Source: Octopus sinensis (lineage: Eukaryota). From it: DNA of 24,353 nt. The translations under genes were made by a program, and so were the position numbers. The notes beneath the pieces are model-generated. The model was given only the letters and a program-made list of their open reading frames with translations, was not told the DNA's origin and did no database searches. Each line of letters opens with the position of its first letter. Position 1 is the first letter of the stretch. Of this stretch, positions 1 to 10,200 are shown piece by piece. Where the stretch lies: contig NW_021836434.1 in assembly GCF_006345805.1 (NCBI RefSeq), forward strand, positions 1 to 24,353, in the 5' to 3' direction.

Positions 1-345
1 CGTTAAATTCTCGTGCCAATTTGAGTTGGGTGGGTGGGTACTCTACGCCGACAAATGTACCTTCCAAATACAATCAGCGCGACACAGTGTGTGTGACATG
101 ACAAAGTCTTAGGTTTACAAGAGCAATCCATCTTGCAAACTTGCAAAGAGTTTTCACCTACATAATTCCACTCCCAAGACTTGTGTCGATTCAACGACGG
201 AGTAAAAGACGTTTCCTGAAGATGGGATCGAACGTGAGACCTCGTGTGGTGTGAGGTCAAGTAGAGAGAAAGATTGTTAGATAGAGACTAAGATGATTCG
301 GTTTTGTGTTAAGTTGTTGTATATATGTAGTAGTTTCTTTGAAAT

Positions 346-588
346 GGAGGCACATGGCTTAGTGGTTAGGGTGTTGGACTCATGATGGTAAGACGGCGAT
401 TTTCATTCCTGGACTGGAGGATACGTTGTGTTCTTGAGCAAAACCCTTTATTTCACGTTGCTCCAGTCCATTCAGCTGGCAAAAATGAGTAATTCTGCGA
501 CGAACTGGCCTTCCACTTAGGAAGAATATGGACGCCAGAGAAATCGGGAAACTGGCCCTTATGGTCATTACGGAGTAATGTGGCTTAA
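346..588 (+). mobile_element. tRNA-derived SINE (family A head, CORE-like centre, tail X)
   Basis: A box TGGCTTAGTGG at 355-365 and a degenerate B box near 399-409. The centre 'ttgtgttcttgagcaaaaccctttatttcacgttgctccagtccattcagctggcaaaaatgagt' matches the minus-strand copy at 1466-1774. The tail resembles 24241-24353. Confidence 0.8.
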
Positions 589-887
589 CCATAACCAATT
601 TTTTAAATAATGTTGTTGTTGTTTAACTGAAGGTAAATAAGCGGTATCTATTTCGTCAATTGGTCAGCTAGAAGTATCAGCTAGAATTTTCGGAAATCAA
701 ATAATGCTATATTAAAAGTAGAAGAAACCGGTACATAATCTTGGAGAAAATAAAAAAAAGATGGAGCGGTGCGATTTGGACGTCTTCGAATATAGACCTA
801 CTCGATCAGTGCCGGCCTGGGGCTAAATAACAATGATAGTAATAGCAGAAACGGGAAAGTAACAACAACAATAACAGCAGTAACAAG

Positions 888-1095
888 TGGAGTTGCAATG
901 GCCCAGTGGTTAGGGCAGCGGACTCGCGGTCGTAAGAACGCAGTTTCGATTCCCAGATCGGGCATTGTGAGTGTTTATTGAGCAAAAACATCTAAGCTCC
1001 ACGAGGTTCCGGCAGGGTGGTGGCGGTGGTGGTGAACCCCGCTGTACTGTTTCACCACAACTTCCTCTCACTCTTTCTTCCTACTTCTGCCACAA
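888..1095 (+). mobile_element. tRNA-derived SINE, 3'-truncated (family C head)
   Basis: A box TGGCCCAGTGG at 899-909 and B box GTTTCGATTCC at 943-953, followed by non-tRNA body sequence with no Pol III terminator. Confidence 0.75.
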
Positions 1096-1465
1096 AGCAG
1101 AGGAATCATGGTGGAACCCACTATGGTGTGGTAAACTCTCAGACCCTAGTCTAGATTGCGAATCCTCTATACCCCTGGATGGTTCAGATCTCCACCCGTT
1201 AAAAGCCACCGTTTACGGAATGAGGATAACAACGTAGCTTTCGCGCCCGTGCAACCGCCAGTCTATCGCGTGTGGTGGGTGGATCTTCAAGTTGCCACAC
1301 GCATCCTTAGTAGCTTAGAGGAGGGTCGAATTAGAGATTATTCTTTGTAGCTAATTGCGTGAGTCCTGATTGGAAGAAGAGGAAGACTACAGCAGAAACA
1401 ACAACACAAGTAGCAACAACAGCAACAACATCAACAGCAACAACATCAATTAATATTTAAAAAAA

Positions 1466-1774
1466 ACTGGCACTTCATCGGTTACGACAACGAGGGTTCT
1501 AGTTGATCCGATCAACGGAATAGCCCGCTCGTGAACTTAACGTGCAAGAGGCTGAGCACACCACAGTCACGCTTGCCCCTATCGTATTTCAGAGTGACAG
1601 AGAATGGGACAAGGTTGGCTCTTTGAAATACGGGTATAACTCATTTTTGCGAGCTGAGTGGGCTGGAGCAACGTGAAATAAAATGTCTTGCTTAAGGACA
1701 CAAGGCATAGCCGGGAATCGAACCCACGTCTTAGCGATCGTGAGTCGAATACCCTAACCACTAAGCCACACACC
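1466..1774 (-). mobile_element. tRNA-derived SINE (family A head, CORE-like centre, tail Y)
   Basis: On the minus strand: A box TGGCTTAGTGG (1768-1758) and perfect B box GGTTCGATTCC (1724-1714). Head and centre are homologous to 346-490. Confidence 0.85.
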
Positions 1775-2129
1775 ATAACAATAACAACAACAATAACAAC
1801 AACAGCAGCAGCAGCAGCAACAGCACAACAAAAACATTAATAATAGTGAACATTAATTAAAAGGCGTTTTTCAGTAATTTCTTGTGTGAATCTGGAAAAA
1901 GTTATGGAATTTCTTAATCGGCTGGCCGTTTCTGTATTCACAACCGGTGAATGAGCCAAAGAGGTAGTTTGATATGCAAAAAATAGCAGCCCAGTTTCCT
2001 CAACTAACACATTACCGAGTTCCGGTAGCAAATATGAATTTATACACGGGTTGGTCACGGAAGAGACACCTTTGGCAATTGATTGAGAACAACAGGAGAG
2101 AGCTGGGTTAAGCAGCAGCATCAAATAAC

Positions 2130-2430
2130 ATATCCATACATAATACGTACATGCATACATGCATAGATACGCATATATATGCATACATACACACATATAC
2201 ACATGTGCACACATGCACACACACGTATATACATGCACACATGCAAACATGCATAGAGATAACAATGCATGCTCAAATACCAGTATACATATATACATGC
2301 ATATGTGTATGCACACATATAAACATGCATGCACACATGCATCCACTCGTCCATACATACACACATGCATACGTACATACATAAATACATATATAAACAC
2401 ATCATGCGTACATCACGCACATACATCTAG
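2130..2430. repeat. Imperfect (CA/TA/CATA)n compound microsatellite
   Basis: Alternating purine-pyrimidine low-complexity tract visible in the sequence. Confidence 0.9.
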
Positions 2431-3244
2431 ATAAACTGGGATTTTCAGAATAACTCCAGTATTACAATTGCAGTTAGTAAGTGGAACAATAAAAATACGC
2501 ATGACTTTTCTCAAGTTTAAAATGTGACAATGTTTCCGTTATCTACATTCCAACAATGGAACTGTGTATCTTTGTTCGGAACTAGCTCCGTCCTTAAAAG
2601 AAGAATTTAAATGATTAAAAACAGAAGAGAGCACACACAGACACATGTATAAGAAAATATGATAAACACAGGCTTATATCATTTGTTTTTACGTACACTT
2701 CACCGTTGTGGTTGTTTGAAGCTCTGCAATAGATATTCTAAGTACAAATGGTTGCTTAATCAAATCGACATTAAATCTCTGTAACATAATGCAATAAAGT
2801 GTTCCCTAGTGATCTCCTGTTGTTAAGCATCCAATTAACTTTAAAATAGCCAACGCAGAAATCCAAACAACCACAATAGTGAAACGTACGTAGGAATGAA
2901 TGATATAATCGTGAGTTTATCTAACTTTCTCTTATGTTCGCTCTCTATAAATCATAGCCAGTAATATTACTAACTACAGTATTAAACAAACCACTATGCA
3001 AGAAGCAGACTGGACGATGATAATCTACATGGGGCTCTAAATACACACACAGTAGCAGTCGTACATCTAATAGTACATACAAGACATACTCCCATTAATA
3101 AAAAGCAAGAACCATCAACCCCCGAATGTTTTCTTATACTGGCTTCTCTCCAACTGCTTTTCTAAAATGTTGGATTTTCTCTCATGCAAATTTGCATTTA
3201 ATTATATATTTATCTCATTTAAATATGGTTTCTAATACTTGCGT

Positions 3245-3261
3245 AAGAATTTATGTATGAA

Positions 3262-3300
<39 letters not shown>

Positions 3301-3825
3301 ATGTATGTATGCGTGTACAAGTGTATGACGAATGTACGTATATATATACATATACAAATATGTGTGTGTATATGTATATATATATATTAAGCATACATGT
3401 ATGTACGCATGTGTATGTGTGATGAATGCATGATGTGGTTTATATATGTGTGTATTTATGTACGTATGTATGTATATATGTATGCATGTATGCATTTATG
3501 TCTGCTAGCGCATATGTATACATGTATGTATACATGCATGAGAACATGCATATAGATATGCGTACATATGTGTGTGCTTGTACGTATGTATGACTGTACT
3601 TACGCATGTATGTATGCATGTGTATGTGTATGCATACATGTGCATGTACATATCTGCATATGTATATATTACGTAAAACATATATACGTGTAAAGAAATA
3701 TATATATATATAAATGTGCATATATTTACGCAAATCATATATACATAAATATTTTTCTAAAAAACGTGTGTATCGGTATGTTGTTAATTATAGACATAAC
3801 GTACGCACATACACATTTATTCTCT

Positions 3826-3923
<98 letters not shown>

Positions 3924-3964
3924 AATGAGTCTCTTTGCCTGCCTGTCTCTAGCTATCTGTCTAT

Positions 3965-3995
<31 letters not shown>

Positions 3996-4125
3996 CATAT
4001 GTATATATATATATATGTATATATATACACACGCAAGCATGCATATATACATATATTTTTACGACCATACATAATGCATACGCACACATATACATGTACA
4101 CATATATATATACGCAAGCCCTTCC
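3245..4125. repeat. Compound microsatellite including a pure (TATC)n tract at 3826-3923
   Basis: (TA)n and (TG/CA)n mixtures plus about 24 TATC units. Confidence 0.95.
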
Positions 4126-4449
4126 AAAAATCTCTCTTATGGAAACAATACATGTTTGCATACGTGGACACACTTTTCTGATAGCGAATCGTTGACGTTC
4201 TCGGTGTCTTTGTAGAATAAAATAAAATAAGTATGTTGCTCGAATTTTGGTTACTGTCAAACGCCATGTTTGATATGTTATATATGTTGTTCATTTCACG
4301 AAGAACACACTGAACAACAACAACAATAGAAATCTCCACTACAACGATAAAGATAACAATCCAGTACAAGAACGAGAAAATAAACAAAGAAACAAGAGCA
4401 ACAGCGAGAACAACAACATAATAACAGCAGCAAAATCGGCAATAAAATT

Positions 4450-4645
4450 GGTTTCAAATTTTGGCTCAAGGCCAGCAATTTTATGGGATGGGGTTACTCG
4501 ATTACATCGACTCTAGAGCTTACAAGTGGTACTTATCTTTTGTGATTATCACGATAGGATATAAAGCAGAGCCGACTTCGGTGAAATTTGAACTCAGATC
4601 GTAAAGGAAGAATACATGTAATTAATGATTCTGTGAAGTCGCTAC
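4450..4645 (-). mobile_element. Diverged SINE, family B
   Basis: Reverse complement matches blocks of 5491-5726 and 6669-6856 (plus-strand 'gccgacttcggtgaaatttgaactcaga', 'gattacatcgac', 'ggtttcaaattttgg'). Confidence 0.75.
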
Positions 4646-4680
4646 TTTAACAACGATAAAAAAAATTTTTTAAATTGTAT

Positions 4681-4836
4681 AAAATTTTGACACAAGCACA
4701 GCAAATCGATTACACCGACTCTAGTGCTCAACTAATACTTATTTTATCGATCCCGAAATAATAACTTTGGCTGAATTTGAACTCAGAACGAAAAGCATTT
4801 TGTTCAGCGAGCTAACGATTCTGTGAGCTCGCCGCC
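4681..4836 (-). mobile_element. Diverged, internally deleted SINE, family B
   Basis: 'gctaacgattctgtgagctcgccgcc' and 'gaatttgaactcagaacg' are the reverse complement of the family B head seen at 5497-5580. Confidence 0.75.
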
Positions 4837-4978
4837 TTAGCAACAGCGGTGCTAATAATAGCAATAACAGCCATTATCACTTCAACTACATATATGCAAC
4901 AACTGCCACAACTACAATCGCCACCTTCACAATCACCATGACAACGTTCACAACATCAACTACCACCACCACCACCAC

Positions 4979-4979
<1 letters not shown>

Positions 4980-5048
<69 letters not shown>

Positions 5049-5776
5049 GAGTGAGAGAGTAACACATGCCATCAAAGTGGCACTGGGCTAAAATGTACGA
5101 AGCCCAGTATACCCATCATGACTACCCGTCTGATAAGGGTGCACTAGGCACATGCGTCACAACCATATGTGCGCGACATGGTGATCTCATATCAAGATAA
5201 ACAGCGCATTACCATGCAGGTGGGGCCCAGTTAGAAATTTCTTCTGGTCGAGTAACCCATCCCGCTCAAAAGGTGCCTGAACAAGGGTTGTTTAAGGATG
5301 TTGAACGAAACACCCATGTTTCCAAAGGTGAATTATCCAAACTTCCAAGAATTCCTTTCAACACATAGCTATGATGTTCCCTCACTATTTCTGCTCGTGA
5401 TCAGAGATGCACATATCAGCCACTAAGGGACATGCTCAACTGGTTAAGGTCAAACAACTGACAAGAAAATCTGTGGTATTGAGCAGAATAGGCTTAGGCG
5501 GTGAGCTGGCAGAAACGTTAGCACGCCGGGCGAAATGCTTAGAGGTATTTCGTCTGCGTTACGTTGTGAGTTCAAATTCCGCCGAGGTCGACTTTGCCTT
5601 TCATCCTTTCGGGGTCAATAAATTAAGTACCAGTTACGCACTGAGGTCGATGTAATCGACTTAATACCTATGTCTGTCCTTGTTTGTCCCCACTGTGTTT
5701 AGCCCCTTGTGGGTAATAAAGAAATAGGTATTGAGCAGAATATTTGTTGTAGCCTATCTTTTATACCAAGCCAAAA
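4980..5776 (-). mobile_element. (AAT)n-tailed non-LTR retroelement 3' fragment, family unassigned, interrupted by a SINE
   Basis: Body 5049-5490 resumes at 5727 after the duplicated 16-mer. The (ATT)n run at 4980-5048 reads as an (AAT)n tail on the minus strand. A second copy of its terminal ~45 nt occurs at about 5809-5858. Confidence 0.6.
5491..5726 (+). mobile_element. Full-length family B SINE with 16-bp target-site duplication
   Basis: GGTATTGAGCAGAATA occurs at 5475-5490 and 5727-5742. Head 'ggcggtgagctggcagaaacgttagc', B-box-like 'gagttcaaattcc', A-rich end. Confidence 0.9.
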
Positions 5777-5808
5777 CTATTATTATTATTGTGGGTGTTA
5801 CTATTATT

Positions 5809-5909
5809 AAGTGAGAGAGCAATCCATGTCAACAAAGTGACACTGGGGTACAAATATAATCGACTTAACTCCTCCACCGAACTAATAGACTTGTGACAAG
5901 ACTTGAACC

Positions 5910-5910
<1 letters not shown>
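5809..5910. mobile_element. Chimeric repeat remnant (non-LTR terminus fused to family B SINE tail)
   Basis: 'gtgagagagcaatccatgtcaacaaagtgacactgggg' matches 5051-5089. 'aatcgacttaactcctcc...ttgtgacaagacttgaacc' matches the family B tail. Confidence 0.55.
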
Positions 5911-5911
<1 letters not shown>

Positions 5912-5992
<81 letters not shown>

Positions 5993-6077
5993 TATCATTA
6001 TTATATATTATTATTATTATTATATTTATATTATTATTATTATTATTATTATTATATTATTATTATTATTATTATTA
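5912..6077. repeat. (ATT)n microsatellite
   Basis: Long near-perfect ATT run. Confidence 0.95.
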
Positions 6078-6548
6078 CTGCTGTTATATTTTTGTCGAGA
6101 TCTTGTTTTTAACCAAGAATGATTTGTGGTACGTCATAAAGATTAATATCTGAGACCAGCTTTCACTTCCGGCTTTTTAAATCCTGCTCTACCACTAACG
6201 TCCTTCCCACCCACGTCATCCGACCAGCAGTCATTGCATTACAGATTGCACATTACAATACTATCATCATAGCATCTAATATTAACGCATGCTGCAAAAA
6301 TGACTGTCGATCGGTTTCCTCTCCTTCACTGATACAATGGAGGGTGAAGAGGGACGGAAGGTAAGAGAGGGAGAGAGATATAGAGAAAGGGAGGGAGAGA
6401 GAGAGAGGCAAATAGTCAGACACAGAGAGACAAAGAATGTGAATGAACTGAGGGTCGTAAAAGATGTTGAAATTCAAAAAATATATATTAACAACCACAA
6501 CAAAACAACATATAAACCCACTTGTATGAACCTCGGTTTACTTGCGCT

Positions 6549-6655
6549 CACCACCACCACCACCACCACCACCACCACCACTGCCCTCTTCTTCTTCTTC
6601 TTCTTCTTCTTCTTCTTCTTCTTCTTCTTCTTCTTCTTCTTCTTCTTCTTCTTCT
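6549..6655. repeat. (CAC)n plus (CTT)n microsatellites
   Basis: CAC run 6549-6581 and CTT run 6588-6655. Confidence 0.95.
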
Positions 6656-6668
6656 AATTATCGTTATT

Positions 6669-6856
6669 ACGCCGGGCAAAATGCTTAGCGGCATTTCGAC
6701 CGTCGTTACGTTCTGAGTTCAAATTCCACCGAGGTCGACTTTGCCTTTCATTTTTTTGGGGTCGATAAAATAAGTGGCAGTTGAGCACTAAGGCCGATGT
6801 TATCGGCTTCTTCTTACCCTCTAAAACCGCTGGCCCTGAGCCAAAATTAGAAACCA
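6669..6856 (+). mobile_element. 5'-truncated family B SINE
   Basis: 'acgccgggcaaaatgcttagcggcatttcg...gagttcaaattccaccgaggtcgactttgcctttcat' matches 5525-5605. Confidence 0.85.
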
Positions 6857-6966
6857 TTGGTGATGATGATGCAGACGAAAGAGGATGATGATGAAGAGAC
6901 GGACAGACAAGAACAAGAAGTAGTAGAAGAAAATCAAGACGTATAGAAGAAAAAGAGCAGGAGCGG

Positions 6967-6988
6967 CAACAACAAAATCAACAACAGC

Positions 6989-7040
<52 letters not shown>

Positions 7041-7048
7041 CCACCACC

Positions 7049-7080
<32 letters not shown>
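6967..7080. repeat. (CAA)n/(CAC)n microsatellite
   Basis: Visible trinucleotide runs. Confidence 0.95.
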
Positions 7081-7357
7081 CCGTTGAAGCGGTAGAATGA
7101 GTAGGTGTTATAACTGTGCTTCTCTATTTGGCATTGGTTCAATATAATTAGAACCTGTATATTTTGTTAATTTGCATCGTTTTCATAAATTACAGCGGCA
7201 TGAGAAGATATGTGTGGGCAGGATATTAGAATGTATTTGAATGTATGTGTGTGTGTATGTGCGTGTATGCGCGCGTGCGTATAATTGCATACCAAATTTT
7301 ATCGAAAGGATTTTAATCTAAACAATATTGTCCCTCACTTCGTGACAGGGTTCACAT

Positions 7358-7538
7358 AGGCGCAGGAGTAGCTGTGTGGTAAGTAGCTTGCTTACCAACC
7401 ACATGGTTCCGGGTTCAGTCTCACTGCGTGGCACCTTGGGCAAATGTCTTCTACTATAGCCACGGGCCGACAAAAGCCTTGTGAGTAGATTTGGTAGACG
7501 GAAACTGAAAGAAGCCCGTCGTATATATGTGTGTATAT

Positions 7539-7580
<42 letters not shown>

Positions 7581-7773
7581 TATATATGTATGTATGTGTG
7601 CATATGTTTGTGTGCCTGACAACCAATGGTGGTCCGTTTACGTCTCTGTAACTTAGCGGTTCGGCACAAGGAACCGATAGAATAAGTACTAGGCTTACAG
7701 ATAATAAGTCCTGGGGTCGATTTGCTCGACTAAATACGGTGCTCCAACATAGTCGCAGTCAAATGTCTGAAAC
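7358..7773 (+). mobile_element. tRNA-derived SINE, family D, with internal microsatellite
   Basis: Head 'ggcgcaggagtagctgtgtggtaagtagcttgcttacc', B box 'ggttcagtct' and CORE-like 'ccttgggcaaatgtc'. The 3' half 'taacttagcggttcggc...gatttgctcgactaa...cagtcaaatgtctgaaac' is shared with 15719-16125 and 17401-17818. Confidence 0.9.
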
Positions 7774-8213
7774 TTGCATACGTACATGCATGTATGCAAG
7801 CATACATACATACATACATAACTACAATCATATACACACACTCACGCATACATACATTCAAAAAATTCATATGTATAAGCATACATGCATGCATACATAT
7901 ATGCATGTATATATATACATATATGTATACATATATAAATACATGTATCTTTACACAGGCGCACACATATTTATAGAACCATCTAGGTATCATACTTAAT
8001 GAATATGCACTGTTGATAAACACGAGGCTGCCGTTTTCGTCTGAGATACACTGTTTTATAGACGTGATATATTAATAAAACATAACATATATTGGAAGGA
8101 GACGAAAAAATTTCGTCCTGGCACCGGTCTGCGAGAATGCCATACGCATTTTGATCTTGTTGGGCCTTGTGAATAATATTCTTGTAGCCAGCCACACGTG
8201 TGGTCGAAATTTG

Positions 8214-8303
8214 TCACCTTCGATATATTTTGTAAGCAATGAATAATACATTCACTGATGTTGCAAATAGCCACAGGGTTGAATAAAAATTCGGCGTATG
8301 CAA
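8214..8303 (-). CDS. Candidate host exon encoding a transmembrane-like segment (LHTPNFYSTLWLFATSVNVLFIAYKIYRR)
   Basis: Acceptor 'attattttaatttaattctacttcag' ends at 8304. The exon could end at donor AAG|GTGACA (8218/8217) or at TGA (8216-8214). Hydrophobic stretch followed by basic residues. No homology confirmed, and a second frame is also open. Confidence 0.2.
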   Translation of the reverse strand: MHTPNFYSTLWLFATSVNVLFIAYKIYRR

Positions 8304-8601
8304 CTGAAGTAGAATTAAATTAAAATAATCATCTATGTATCATACTTAAGGTATGATACATAGACAGAATACAGTGTTTTCATCTGAGATAAAATCTCTT
8401 ATAAGACGTGCTGAGTTGAAAATACAATATACAGGAATAAGCAAAAATCACGTACCGAAACATTCGAAATTTTATCTATATTACGTTATCATTACGTTAT
8501 CATTATTCATTTTGTTCATTATGTTCAAGTACGTGTGTATCGTCATTATTTATTTCATTCAATTTTAGAAAAAATGACAATTCCAGACCGTCAGCCTGTA
8601 C

Positions 8602-8658
<57 letters not shown>

Positions 8659-8670
<12 letters not shown>

Positions 8671-8919
8671 TTAGAGACAAAACCACTATTATGCAAATCA
8701 AACGAAGAAAGACTTAATCCAATACATAAAAATTTTATATAAATTAATTATTTTTAATTTATATAATTTTTATGTATTGGATTAAGTCTTTCTTTGTTTG
8801 ATTTGCATAATAGTGGTTTTGTCTCTAATTAATATTATATTATATTTTACTATAAAATTGGATTCAATCCTAAATCTGATTTTTCCCTGTAAATTTGGAT
8901 TTATTCCCTAATATTTATT

Positions 8920-8935
<16 letters not shown>
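8659..8935. repeat. Fold-back inverted repeat (arms 8659-8747 and 8754-8840) with one-sided extension, flanked by (TA)n
   Basis: The arms differ only by one substitution (aaacgaag vs aaacaaag) and a 2-nt indel; the loop is 6 nt. Confidence 0.9.
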
Positions 8936-8951
<16 letters not shown>

Positions 8952-9298
8952 TATATATCGGTGAGAGAGAAAATCGTCCCATCTGAAGTTAATGAGAAGG
9001 CAAGATCCATTTCGGCCTTCTTGGGCCTTTTCCATGACGTATAAGCGCAGTCACATACCTAGACGAAATTTGATGTGTGTGTTGTTTGCTCGTTGAATTT
9101 GGAATTATGTGGCGATAGGGTAAACACGCAAACAACTCGTACATGGCTACAAGAGTGTTCCTCTCTTTATAATGAGTTTAGTTTTCTTTAAACGGACACA
9201 TGATATACACACATAAGATAGTTTCACCAAATTCATAGGTTTTTTTGTACCCTTCCGATATCAACAAATATCCATATTTCACCTCTACGGCATTCGTG

Positions 9299-9346
9299 AC
9301 GGAAGTGGAAGGAAACAATTTCGACCGGAAGTCGAAATTACGTCAC
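9299..9346. promoter_or_regulatory. Candidate promoter/enhancer motif cluster (two ETS-like sites, one CRE-like site)
   Basis: ACGGAAGTG 9299-9307, CCGGAAGT 9325-9332 and TACGTCAC 9339-9346 in a CpG-containing unique island. Motif matches only. Confidence 0.3.
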
Positions 9347-9589
9347 AAGCTAAACTCAACTTGATTTAACCGACGTGGATCTTACGGTTTGCTCTCCTGT
9401 GTTCACTATATCGCCGAGTAGTCAGACATAGTAGGTGATAAATGTCTATATTTGTAATCCTCAAGCACATTAGAAACTCTCAACGCTAAATATTAATCTG
9501 TGTTGATAATTAGCGTCGTTTTGTTTTAAGTGAAATTATGATATATTTAAATGACATACAGGCAGAGAATCGAGAAGTATCACATGAAC

Positions 9590-9687
9590 ATTGTAACATA
9601 TGCGCGCACACGCAGACGCACACACAAAAACACAAAAATACACAGACGTGTATATTCATAGGTAAATATACATACACATATACACGC

Positions 9688-9740
<53 letters not shown>

Positions 9741-9970
9741 TCTTTTAACGTATATGTGCATATGTATGTGTGAAATATGCAGATATATGCATATAGATAA
9801 ATATTTATGTATTCAGGCACGAATTATATGCACACATACACACACACAGACGCGTGCATATATATATATGTATATATATATAGACATGTAAATATATATA
9901 TATATATATATATATACGTAAAGAGAGACATGAAAACCCGCAAAAATATATACATATGACTACACACATA

Positions 9971-10012
<42 letters not shown>

Positions 10013-10200
10013 ATATATATACATAAATACACATATCTATATCTATATCTATCTATCTATCTATATATATATATATATATATATATACACTTATATATAT
10101 ATATGTATATACATACATATACATACACACGTATATATGTATATGTGTGCGTGTGTGTGCTTAACAACATCTCACGTGTGTAGATGCATACGCACACATA
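9590..10200. repeat. Compound (TA)/(CA)/(TATC) microsatellite
   Basis: Visible low-complexity tracts. Confidence 0.9.

Noticed and set aside
2-260. 85-aa minus ORF and a plus-frame peptide (CQFELGGWVLYADKCTF) faintly like a C-type lectin N-terminus
   Set aside because: Short, truncated by the window edge, closed by a stop soon after, and no other lectin motifs or convincing splice context.
1088-1168. HDV-like ribozyme (GCGAAT J4/2-like, AGAGG/CCTCT P2-like, P4-like hairpin)
   Set aside because: The P3/L3 position is a 10-bp hairpin with a 3-nt loop, there is no P1.1 GG/CC, and the putative P1 spans a junction between two unrelated repeats.
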